The notes under the pieces are model-generated. The model made no database searches and was not told the DNA's origin. It worked only from the letters and a program-made list of their open reading frames with translations. Source: Octopus bimaculoides (Eukaryota). From it: a stretch of 34,074 nt of DNA. The stretch covers positions 34,836,312-34,870,385 of the forward strand of contig NC_068981.1 of assembly GCF_001194135.2 (NCBI RefSeq), given 5' to 3'. Positions 9,211 through 20,369 of the stretch are shown here, piece by piece. The position numbers and the translations under genes are program-made. Within the stretch, counting starts at the first letter, position 1. Each line of letters opens with the position of its first letter.

Positions 9211-10145
9211 TTTGAATCACAGCTAGAGGGCTTATTTGACACACGGTAACACAGCTAACTTGTACTACGACTACACAGCTTATTCGAAACATGGTTTTAC
9301 GGCCTATATAGACAGTTTCTATTTGAAACACAGTTACACGGCCTATTTGAAACATCGCCACATAACCGATTTGAGGTAAAATTAGACGGCTTATATAGAA
9401 CACTGTCATTCGGCTTATTTCAGAAATGACTCCACGACCTACTTGAGACGCGCCTACTTGAGACAGTCATACAGGATATTTGAGACATAGTTACACAAGA
9501 TGTTAGAGACACGACCATACACCTTGTTTGATCCCCAGGACCTATTTGAGATTTAGTTACACGGCCTGTTTGAGACACGGTTGTACACCCTCTTTGACAT
9601 ACAGTTGCCCGACCTATTTGAAAAAGCAATTGTATGGCCTATTTACGACAGTTATACAGCCGTTTTGTAATACGGCTACACGGCGTATTTGAGACATGGT
9701 CACACAACGTATTTCAGACATATTCATGCGGCCAACTTGAGACACAGTTATACGGCCTATTTGTGTTACAATGACACTGTTTTTGTTTTACTTTTCTTTT
9801 TCGTTTTTTTTTTTTGAGATACGGCTACATAGCTTATTTGAGACACAGTTACACGATCTACTAGGGATACAGTCACACAACCCATTTGAGACTTGGTTAC
9901 ACCGCCCTTTTAAGACATAGTTTTACTCAGTCTACTTGAGAGACGGTTACAGGGTCTATTTAAAATACAATCACGCAGCCTGTTTAAGACACTGTTACAC
10001 GGCAAATTTTAAATCACGCACACGTGACCTGTTTGGGATAAGGCTACGCGGTTTATTTGAGACAAAACTACATGATCTATTTGAGGCACATTTTGAGATC
10101 CTGTTTAAGACACAGTCACGCGGCCTATTTCATACAAAGCTGGAA
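9211..10145 (+). repeat. Degenerate 24-bp minisatellite, consensus TTTGAGACACAGTTACACGGCCTA, roughly 38 units
   Basis: Register is readable by eye, e.g. tttgaaacacagttacacggccta and cttgagacacagttatacggccta. It is interrupted by a T-rich block at about 9775-9815. Confidence 0.85.
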
Positions 10146-10404
10146 GTAGATAAGAGAACAGACTCATTGATAAGGTATCAAATTTATAGGAAACTAAAAA
10201 GTGACGTGTAGGCTTCAGCAATTTATGCGACTGAATTATGTCATATGACACAATTGAAGAATGAGCCATAAATGACCACTACCATTCAAAGGGGAAAAAA
10301 TTGAAAGCTGCTGCTGCAAACTGCGGAAAGTCAATAACTTATAAGTTTGTATATCTGGTGTATTACGGGCACTCTCTCACTCACACACTCTCAGTTTCTC
10401 TTTA

Positions 10405-10765
10405 ATATTCCGCCGAAGTCGACTTTGCCTTTCATCCTTTCGGGGTCGATAAATGAAGTACCAGTTGCGCACTGGGATCGATGTAATCGACTTAATCCTT
10501 TTGTCTGTCCTTGTTTGTCCCCTCTATGTTTAGCCCCTTGTGGGCAATAAAGAAATAAGAAACGTTAGCACGCCGGGCGGAATGCTTAGCGGTATTTCGT
10601 CTGTCTTTACGTTTTGAATTCAAATTCCACCGAGGTCGACTTTGCCTTTCGTCCTTTCAGGGTCGATAAATTAAGTACCAGTTACGCACTGGGGTCGATC
10701 TAATCGTCTGGCCCCCCTCTCAAAACTTTTCGGGCCTTGTGCCTAGAGTAGAAAAGAATATATTT
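10405..10765 (+). mobile_element. Two tandem SINE group B copies with different tails
   Basis: The first (headless) copy ends ccccttgtgggcaataaagaaata. The second starts immediately at agaaacgttagcacgcc and ends gggccttgtgcctagagtagaaaagaata. Confidence 0.85.
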
Positions 10766-10811
10766 TAATTGATGTGTTATACAGTGCAGTACTGTACTGT
10801 ATTTTCATTTT

Positions 10812-11000
10812 TCTTTACCTGTTTCAGTCATTTGACTGTGGCCATGCAGGAGCACCGCCTTTAGTCGAGCAAATCGACCCCAGGACTTATTCTTTGCAAG
10901 CCTAGTACTTATTCTATCGGTCTCTTTTATCGAACCACTAAGTTACGGGGACGTAAACACAGCAGCATCGGTTGCCAAGCGACGTTGGGGTACAAACACA

Positions 11001-11042
<42 letters not shown>

Positions 11043-11162
11043 CGACGGGCTTCTTTCAGTTTCCGTCTACCAAATCCACTCACAAGGCTTTGGCCGGCCC
11101 GAGGCTATAGTAGAAGACACTTGCCCAAGGTGCCACGCAGTAGGACTGAACCCGGAACCATG
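10812..11162 (-). mobile_element. SINE group A, near full length, head lost in gap
   Basis: Reverse complement of both halves with an internal (CA)n tract. Confidence 0.85.
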
Positions 11163-11419
11163 NNNNNNNNNNNNNNNNNNNNNNNNNNNNNNNNNNNNNN
11201 NNNNNNNNNNNNNNNNNNNNNNNNNNNNNNNNNNNNNNNNNNNNNNNNNNNNNNNNNNNNNNNNNNNNNNNNNNNNNNNNNNNNNNNNNNNNNNNNNNNN
11301 NNNNNNNNNNNNNNNNNNNNNNNNNNNNNNNTCTAAAAAAGTATAAGTACCTATCGGCCGTAGAAACCCGCAATATAAATTTACATATATTAGCCAAAAA
11401 AATCCGCGATGTACTGAGA

Positions 11420-11530
11420 GAATAAGTACTAGGATAGAATAAGTACTAGGCTTACAAAGAATAAGTCCTGGGGTCGATTTGCTGGACTAAAGCTGGTGCT
11501 CAAATGACTGAAACAAGAAAAAGAGAAAAA
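11420..11530 (+). mobile_element. SINE group A 3' fragment
   Basis: gaataagtactagg (duplicated) followed by cttacaaagaataagtcctggggtcgatttgc...aaatgactgaaac. Confidence 0.7.
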
Positions 11531-11541
11531 GAGTAAAAGAG

Positions 11542-11572
<31 letters not shown>

Positions 11573-11574
11573 AA

Positions 11575-11830
11575 TATATGAGTATATGCATATATATGTA
11601 CATGTATGTATATACGTTCATCTACATGTACATATAGATACATAACTGGGTACATGACGTGGCAAAAGAACAAGAACAAAATGGTAAACAAGGTGCAACA
11701 AACAAGCAGGCCACATAGAAACATCCCCTTCATCAGCTGCCACCATTAAAACTCCGGCGTTTCGAAGAAATTAAGGCAGTACGCATCGTTAAAATGGTTC
11801 TTCCCACGAACACAGATTAAATTGTTTTCG
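11575..11830 (-). repeat. Family D copy
   Basis: Minus strand: aacgatgcgtactgccttaatttcttcgaaacgcc...ggcagctgatgaaggggatgtttctatgtggcctg...gtacccag...tgcatatactcat. Confidence 0.6.
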
Positions 11831-12401
11831 TGGAGGGTGGTGGCGGACATAACTTTCTTCGTGGGTGTATCTATAGGTGTGTGGCTGACCCTCCTTTGTT
11901 ATGGAATGCAATAGATCTCAATCCCATTTCATTCCTTCCTAATATGAAGAATATTAAGAGGGTCATTGATGTGAAGATCAGCCCTTCCTTTAAAATTACA
12001 AAACAAAATACTTTATTGAAGATCACATTCAATGGTCGGGGTATTTTTCCCAAATCGTTCTAAAACAATAGAGAATGTCAAATTATGTCTCTTTGACCTA
12101 TTCCGAGCATTCTTTTTATATAGCACGTAACCATGGCCGAATGATGCATCTAATATCATGTATACAATCTCTTTTTCTTTCTTTTCTTCTTTTTTTGCTT
12201 TGTTTTAAAAGAACAGAAATTGCTGTCGTCGCCATTGTTGTTATTCTAAATATTTTGCATTGATAATACTTTTTTTTTTTGCTTTGTTTTGTTTTTAAAC
12301 TTTTAATTTGAATTTTTAACTTTTGAAGAATGCTTCTGATCTGAAACTCCAAAGTCGAACTATGATATTCCTGCAAACCTCTTTCTCTCCATATTTCCAC
12401 C

Positions 12402-12461
<60 letters not shown>

Positions 12462-13042
12462 CTTTCATTCACCCTCTCCTTTCTCTTTGATATCAACAAA
12501 AGTAAGATTAAAAAAGGCATCCCCAACATTTAAATAATAGATGGCTATATTTATTCAACGACTTGACATCTTTAGAATTACGGCTTTTTCATACCCTTCT
12601 TCGTGTAGCAATGATATCAGTGTGGAATAAAATCATGTTTACATGTTTGCATTAATCTGGTGATCTGATGAATTAGCTTTCATTATTTACATTGGTTTGT
12701 ATTATGCATAGCAAGTACATTAATGCAGACATATCAACAATTTTATTTCACACTGATATTACTACTAATGCATAAAGAAAGCTACGAAACGGTCGAAATC
12801 CTAAGGAAGTCAAGGATCAAATAAATATATTCATCTCTCATACCTCTTGGCCTTTTATAGCTTATATATTCCTCATGAAGTAGTATCATTGATCGCATCT
12901 TTTGGATTTCAATTAGATGGACACTCTGCATTACACTTCTCTGTATTGAATTACTATATAGCCTGGCAGCTGTGTCCGTTAGAGGAGCTTTCTGTGATAG
13001 CCACAGAATCCGCATTTTATAACACACACACACACACACACA

Positions 13043-13175
13043 CGATGGAGTTCTTTCAAACTCCATCTACCAAATCCATTCACAAGACTTTGCTCTGTCC
13101 GCGGCTACAGTAGTAGACAATTGAGAAAGGTATCACGCTGTGGGACTGAACCGAAACCATATGCTTTGGGAACAA
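13043..13175 (-). mobile_element. Degenerate SINE group A 5' half
   Basis: ccatctaccaaatccattcacaagactttg...gggactgaaccgaaaccat. Confidence 0.6.
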
Positions 13176-13805
13176 ATGCATGTATGTATGTATGTATGTA
13201 TGCATGTATGTATATATGTATGTAGGTATGTATGTATGTGCAGGCGCATGCGTGTGTATGTATGTATGTATGTATGTATGTGCGAGCGCTTGTGTGTGTG
13301 TTTGTGGGTGGGTGGGTGCGTGTGTGTGTATGTGATTCATTACTGTCACTACGTAAAGTTTTGTACACACACACACACACATACACACACACACCTACGT
13401 ACAGGTTCCTTCAGATATCTCTCATGATTCACAACGAATAGCGGAAAGATTGCATATATATTCTTCTGTGTGTGACAAATCTTTTGTAAAGAACGAATGA
13501 ATCACAGTTTACTTGTTAAATATAAACTTTACGCAATCTTTTGGTGACATTTTGCATTCGTTTGCACGTATGGACGTGGTATGTGTGAGTGTTTGTATGT
13601 GTGTGTGGGGGGATGTGCACATGTGTATGGATGTGTGTATGTGTATGTTTGAGGACATATTATACACATACATGCCGCATACAAACATGTAAAAGCGTAT
13701 ATACATATACACATACGTATATATGTATATTACATACATGTATATACATGCATACATACGTACATATATAGATACATACATGCACACACATGTATATATA
13801 TTTAT

Positions 13806-13850
<45 letters not shown>

Positions 13851-13893
13851 TTTTATGTTTATACGCATGCGTACATGCATATGTACATACATA

Positions 13894-13980
13894 TCTGAGA
13901 TTCGGTGACACGGTCAGTTTGAGCCACAGTCACAGTCTATTTAAGACATAGTCACATGACCTATTTGAGGTCGTGTGACT
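13894..13980 (+). repeat. Short second locus of the 24-bp minisatellite
   Basis: tttgagccacagtcacagtcta / tttaagacatagtcacatgaccta / tttgagg, about 3.5 units. Confidence 0.7.
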
Positions 13981-14026
13981 GTTTCATATTACATGGAACT
14001 ATATATATATATATGTATATATATAT

Positions 14027-14382
14027 AGCCGCAGAGTGGCTGTGTGGTTAGTAGCTTGCTTACCAACCACATGGCTCCGGGTTCAGTCCTACCTTGGGCA
14101 AGTGTCTCCTACTATAGCCTCAGGCCGACCAAAGCTTTGTGAGTGGATTTGGTAGATGGAAACTGAAAGAAGCACGTCGTATATGTGTGTGTGTTTGTCC
14201 CCACCACCACCATCATCGCTTAACAACCGATGTTGGTGTGTTTACGCCACCGTAACTTAGCGGTTCGGCAAAAGCATCAAGATAGATTAAGTACTACAAA
14301 GAATAAGTTCTGGTGTCGATTTGTTAGACTAAAGGCGGTGCTCCAGCATGGCCGCAGTCAAAGGACTGAAACAAATAAAAGA

Positions 14383-14384
<2 letters not shown>
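14027..14384 (+). mobile_element. SINE group A, full length
   Basis: gccgcagagtggctgtgtggttag ... ggtgctccagcatggccgcagtcaaaggactgaaac. Confidence 0.85.
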
Positions 14385-14425
<41 letters not shown>

Positions 14426-14826
14426 NNNNNNNNNNNNNNNNNNNNNNNNNNNNNNNNNNNNNNNNNNNNNNNNNNNNNNNNNNNNNNNNNNNNNNNNNNN
14501 NNNNNNNNNNNNNNNNNNNNNNNNNNNNNNNNNNNNNNNNNNNNNNNNNNNNNNNNNNNNNNNNNNNNNNNNNNNNNNNNNNNNNNNNNNNNNNNNNNNN
14601 NNNNNNNNNNNNNNNNNNNNNNNNNNNNNNNNNNNNNNNNNNNNNNNNNNNNNNNNNNNNNNNNNNNNNNNNNNNNNNNNNNNNNNNNNNNNNNNNNNNN
14701 NNNNNNNNNNNNNNNNNNNNNNNNNNNNNNNNNNNNNNNNNNNNNNNNNNNNNNNNNNNNNNNNNNNNNNNNNNNNNNNNNNNNNNNNNNNNNNNNNNNN
14801 NNNNNNNNNNNNNNNNNNNNNNNNNN

Positions 14827-14882
<56 letters not shown>

Positions 14883-15274
14883 GTGTGTGGGTGTGGGTGT
14901 GCGTGCGTGAGTGCGTGTGTTTGACCGTGTCTATATTTGTGTGTGTAGATATGAACTTGCGTGTCAGCTAGTGTCGTGTAAATTAAGTAGAAAGAAGGAA
15001 GTAGCTGGCAGAATGAAAATCCAATTAAAATTAATGCTGGAAGTCAATTCTTAAAATTAGGACAAATAATTCAGTCTGAAAGGTAAAGAAGTCAAAGCAT
15101 AAAAGGGACAGGAAACTAAATGCAAACAGATATTAATACGGAAGTTGTCTTCTAAAGATCTAATGAAACACAAAACAAGCAAACATAGTAGCCATTTATT
15201 ATATCGGATTAATCCGAACAGCTGTAGGAAACTTAGAAATATGAGTTTTATCTAGTGTAAATCTTTATCAGAAA

Positions 15275-15777
15275 CAGGACCGGATTAAGACGCATAGAGG
15301 CCCAAAGCACTTTTAAAGATTTTGGTGTCCTCATATATCAAAAGGATGTGTTATAAAACTATTCTACATATACAAAAAACAGCCATACCAACAATTCTCC
15401 ATCATCAGCTGCCCCACGGATATCATTATGGTTTCGACACCTGTAATTCAAAATGAAAAGAATTATAAACCATAAAATAATTTTTTTATTTTTCAAAATG
15501 AAGCAAATCTAACAGTAAGATGGAAATTAATGTTTATTTTTGTGTACTTCCATTTTACTTATATCTGAAAATTCTCCACCCTATTTATATTTGGAAAGTT
15601 TTTCTCCTAATTGCAAAGGTCTTTTATCAGATCCTCACTATGACACCATGAACACTTCGAAATTATATTTCCAATCTTATAAACCACTTCGTGCCGTAAA
15701 CCATTTACCATTTCCGTGGTGTTCCACACTTCCCTTGAAGCCCTCAGTACGTGCTTATTTTGCTTAATGGTTAATCC
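15275..15777. mobile_element. Possible hAT-like MITE containing a nested family D motif
   Basis: Left end caggaccggattaa; right end ...gcttaatggttaatcc is cut by a SINE B fragment. No TSD is readable. Confidence 0.3.
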
Positions 15778-15784
15778 AAAATAG

Positions 15785-15865
15785 TAGTTACGCACTGAGG
15801 TCGATGTAATCGACTTAATCTCTGCCTCCAAGTTTCAGGCCTTGCAATTTCAGTAGAAAGGATTA
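15785..15865 (+). mobile_element. SINE group B 3' fragment
   Basis: agttacgcactgaggtcgatgtaatcgacttaatc...caggccttg...gtagaaaggatta. Confidence 0.65.
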
Positions 15866-16020
15866 TCACAGGATTCATTAGAATCCAGGTTAATAAAGAT
15901 GTAGAACGCCAGGACTGGCTAGGCATTGTGACATTAAGTTGACTTTGAGGCGAAAACAACCATGAGGTGTCAAGTGTTGGTAGTGTACTGCAAGTATATA
16001 CAGTTATATATATATAACTG

Positions 16021-16201
16021 GCACTGTGTCGGTCACGACGACGATGTTACTAGTTGATCTGGTCAACCGAACAGCCTGCTCATGAAATTAACGTGCACGT
16101 GGTTGAACACTTCACAAACACGTGTACTTTTAACGTACTTAGTTCTCAGGAAGATTCAGCGCGACATAGAGTGTGACAAGGCTAACACTTTGAAATACAG
16201 G
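16021..16201 (-). mobile_element. SINE group C 3' domain
   Basis: Reverse complement of cctgtatttcaaag...ctacgttaa..gtacacgtgt...cacgttaatttcatgagcaggctg...cgtcgt. Confidence 0.75.
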
Positions 16202-16203
16202 TG

Positions 16204-16250
<47 letters not shown>

Positions 16251-16253
<3 letters not shown>

Positions 16254-16384
16254 TAGCATAGCTAGAGGGTGGTAGGGCCGATTCGCCCGGGCAGCATTTT
16301 AAAGGGGTTGCACTTTTGTGTCTGCTGTAGGCAATATGCGTTTTTTTGTCGGATCCGGGGGCGGCATACACTCTACCTACGCTA

Positions 16385-16387
<3 letters not shown>
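16251..16387. mobile_element. 137-bp MITE in (TA)n
   Basis: TIRs CACTAGCATAGCTAGAGGGT and reverse-complement CACTAGCGTAGGTAGAGTGT match 17/20. TA repeats flank both sides. Confidence 0.7.
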
Positions 16388-16415
<28 letters not shown>

Positions 16416-18020
16416 GGTAATATTAAAATTGACGGTCTTCTCTGAGTTTCGCTTTAGACCGGGCAGTTCACCGATATTGTCAGATGGTGGTATTAAACTG
16501 GGCATCGGACTAAGCTGACCATGCAAGTAAGCCAGAAGACATAAGGTCTGATTTTTATACACTGCTGGTAAGCTAACGTCTTTGATTGATATTTTTTATT
16601 GACCCAGAAAGGACGAAAAGCGAAGCTGGACACAGTAGCATTCGATCTCTGAGCGAACAGAGTTGGAACACATACTGCGCGGTACTAAATCTACCGTTCT
16701 AACGGTTATGCCAATTTGTATATCAAATTGCTATAACTGATTTTTAACTCCAAAAAGTAACTAAGTATCCCAAATCAGGCGATCCAACGTTGTTCATCGA
16801 ACAGTAAACGTGGTGGGAAGGCGTGGGTTTTGACTGCCGAGGTGCGGTAGACAGCCTCGTCGCTCCCGTCCTTAAACGTAACATTAACTGTAAATAGTAA
16901 TGAATAATTCTCAGTTTGGCACAAGGCCACATATTTATAGAAGTGGGATGGTCTATAAAAATCGACCAAACATCACTGACATTGTCTAATGTTATCGTCA
17001 TCGCCATCTATAACTTGTATAGGTGTATGCTATATATANNNNNNNNNNNNNNNNNNNNNNNNNNNNNNNNNNNNNNNNNNNNNNNNNNNNNNNNNNNNNN
17101 NNNNNNNNNNNNNNNNNNNNNNNNNNNNNNNNNNNNNNNNNNNNNNNNNNNNNNNNNNNNNNNNNNNNNNNNNNNNNNNNNNNNNNNNNNNNNNNNNNNN
17201 NNNNNNNNNNNNNNNNNNNNNNNNNNNNNNNNNNNNNNNNNNNNNNNNNNNNNNNNNNNNNNNNNNNNNNNNNNNNNNNNNNNNNNNNNNNNNNNNNNNN
17301 NNNNNNNNNNNNNNNNNNNNNNNNNNNNNNNNNNNNNNNNNNNNNNNNNNNNNNNNNNNNNNNNNNNNNNNNNNNNNNNNNNNNNNNNNNNNNNNNNNNN
17401 NNNNNNNNNNNNNNNNNNNNNNNNNNNNNNNNNNNNNNNNNNNNNNNNNNNNNNNNNNNNNNNNNNNNNNNNNNNNNNNNNNNNNNNNNNNNNNNNNNNN
17501 NNNNNNNNNNNNNNNNNNNNNNNNNNNNNTTTATATGTTTTATGTATGCATGTATGTATGTGTATAAATACTAATTTATTTACATATATATCCATATATA
17601 TACATTTTTATATACATATACATACGTGCATACATACATACATACATACATAATTTATTCGCCTCTCACACACACACACACACACGTGTACACAAATTCA
17701 GCACCGTGCGCTCTTCCTGTAATGACTTCCTATCGCATAGGAATGTCGACAAAGGATGGGACTCCGCTTTGAGTAACCATCAAACTGGAGTTGTTTAGGT
17801 ACAAACTAAATGGTAATAGTAACCGTGGCATTCGTGCCATTCCCAAGGTCGATATCTCTCCATGGACAGAGCATGTCACAATCAATTAGTCGCTAGCCTA
17901 ATTAGCTTCAAGTATTTAATTACATGCCTTTACGTTTCCGGATTTAAATTTTGTCCAGTGGGAATTAAAATTCAGTTACGAAATCTGTTCTATGATCTTA
18001 TCTCAAATTATGTGGAAACA

Positions 18021-18410
18021 TGGCTGTGTGGTTAAGAAATTTGCTTCTCAATCATGTGGTTTTGGGATCAGTCCTACTGCATGGTACCTTGGGCAAGTAT
18101 CTTTTACACAATGTCTTGCGAGTGGATTTGGTAGGCAGAATGTATATGTGTGTGTATGTATGTATGTATGTATGTAGACAGATAGATAGATATGTATGAG
18201 TGTATTATGTACTGTGTGTGTGTGTGTATGCCCTACCACCGCTTGACAACTGGTGTGGTTTGTTTACGTCCCCGTGCCTTAGAAGTTAGAACTGGGGTCG
18301 ATTTATTCGACTAAACCCTTCAAGGTGGTGCCCCAGCATGGCCACAGTCCAATGATTGATACAAGTAAAGCATAAAAGATAAAGGATAACCGAAAGTAAA
18401 AAGATAAAAG
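18021..18410 (+). mobile_element. Diverged SINE group A-like copy
   Basis: tggctgtgtggttaag...accttgggcaagt...gcttgacaactgg...ggggtcgatttattcgactaaacccttcaaggtggtgccccagcatggcc. Confidence 0.75.
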
Positions 18411-18428
18411 ACAGGTAACCATATGACC

Positions 18429-18850
18429 ATTTCTTTACTGCCCACAAGGGGCTGCACACAGAGAGGAAAAACAAGGACAGACAAACGGATTGAGTCGATT
18501 ATATCGACCCCAATGCATAACTGGTACTAATTTAATCGACCCCGAAAGGATGAAAGGCAAAGCCGACCTCGGCGGGATTTGAACTCAGAACGTAGCGGCA
18601 GACGAAATACCTATTTCGTTATTGCCCACAAAGGGCTAAACATAGAGGGAACAAACAAGAACAGACGAACGGATTAAGTCGATTACATCGACCCCAGTGC
18701 GTAACTGGTACTTAATTTATCGACCCCGAAAGGATGAAAGGCAAAGTCGACCTCGGCGGAATTTGAACTCAGAACGTAACGGCAGACGAAATACCGCTAA
18801 GCATTTCGCCCGGCGTGCTAACGTTTCTTTTTTCTTTATTACCCACAAGG
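18429..18850 (-). mobile_element. Head-to-tail array of SINE group B (two bodies plus a tail fragment)
   Basis: Sense order: tail fragment (18850-18827), copy starting agaaacgttagc (18826-18611), copy starting ggtatttcgtc (18610-18429). All end tgtggg..ta(a)(a/c)gaaa. Confidence 0.85.
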
Positions 18851-18860
18851 GTAACTGTAA

Positions 18861-19020
18861 GTCCCCGTAACTTAGCGGTTCGGCAAAAGAGACCGACAGA
18901 ATAAGTACTAGGCATAAAAAATAAGTCTTGGGGTCGATTAGTTCCACTAAAACCCTTCAAGGCGGTGCTCCAGTGTGGCCGCAGTCAAATGACTGAAACG
19001 AGAACAAAAGAAAGTAAAAA
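18861..19020 (+). mobile_element. SINE group A 3' half
   Basis: gtccccgtaacttagcggttcggcaaaagagaccg...gcagtcaaatgactgaaac. Confidence 0.8.
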
Positions 19021-19412
19021 TAACTCAGTATGAAGACAAATATAGATTTCAGTTTGAAAACGCCAGCTTGTGTTCAAAATACAGAGGAATGACACAGAAT
19101 ATTTTTGTTTTAGTTTGGACGTTAACCTGTGAAATTTCTTTCGCCTTTGTTATATATTCTTCTTTGTTAACCCACGCTCTCAGGAAAAAGAAATATTTCT
19201 TTAGCCGATTCAACATTGTTTTCCGTGAACGTGACAATCAGGTCACACTAGGTCATTCTGGTCTACCTCCTCCCTCAGATATGAATTGTTGTGGTTCTGA
19301 ATAATAGGAAATAGGAAGCGACGTCGCTGATTTGAGCGTGTGGTTGTTACTTGCAACCAGCCATACGAAACTAGATTAAATGAATAGCTTTTTTAACATG
19401 CGTATGAAACCA

Positions 19413-19449
<37 letters not shown>

Positions 19450-19893
19450 NNNNNNNNNNNNNNNNNNNNNNNNNNNNNNNNNNNNNNNNNNNNNNNNNNN
19501 NNNNNNNNNNNNNNNNNNNNNNNNNNNNNNNNNNNNNNNNNNNNNNNNNNNNNNNNNNNNNNNNNNNNNNNNNNNNNNNNNNNNNNNNNNNNNNNNNNNN
19601 NNNNNNNNNNNNNNNNNNNNNNNNNNNNNNNNNNNNNNNNNNNNNNNNNNNNNNNNNNNNNNNNNNNNNNNNNNNNNNNNNNNNNNNNNNNNNNNNNNNN
19701 NNNNNNNNNNNNNNNNNNNNNNNNNNNNNNNNNNNNNNNNNNNNNNNNNNNNNNNNNNNNNNNNNNNNNNNNNNNNNNNNNNNNNNNNNNNNNNNNNNNN
19801 NNNNNNNNNNNNNNNNNNNNNNNNNNNNNNNNNNNNNNNNNNNNNNNNNNNNNNNNNATTTTTGTGGAGATTTAAAGATATCTGTTTGTGTGT

Positions 19894-20107
19894 TATTTCT
19901 TTACTACCCACAAGGGGCTACACACAGAGGGGACCAACAAGGATAGACAAACGGATTAAGTCGATTATATCGACCCCAGTTGCGTAACTGGTACTTATTT
20001 AATCGACTCCGAAAGGATGAAAGGCAAAGTGGACCTCGGCGGAATTTGAACTCTGAACGTAGCGGCAGACGAAATACCGCTAAGCATTTCGCCCGGTGTG
20101 CTAACGT
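19894..20107 (-). mobile_element. SINE group B with tgtggg-tail
   Basis: tatttctttactacccacaagggg...gctaagcatttcgcccggtgtgctaacgt. Confidence 0.85.
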
Positions 20108-20369
20108 GTGTTAATGTGTATACATGAGTGTATACATTTTTGTGTATGTATATATATGTATGTGGAGGCTCATGGCAAAGTGGTTCGAGCAGTGGACGGA
20201 TCTAGTCTTTCTCATTCGCAAAATGAGCCCCACTTTAATTTTGCTCAGATTGCTTTCAATTTTGGTGTATCGATGCAACTCTGAATACTGATTACGATCA
20301 ACCAATTACTTTATCTCGTAAATTGAAAAATCTGATGTTATTTGGAATTAGTGTGGAAATTTGGGTAAT

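Noticed and set aside
12752-12800. cgaaacggtc as a minimal hammerhead half
   Set aside because: No intact CUGANGA at the right distance and no stem II.
19049-19237. Minus-strand 62-aa ORF with protein-like composition
   Set aside because: No family match is recognised, and no acceptor gives a frame compatible with the putative upstream exon.
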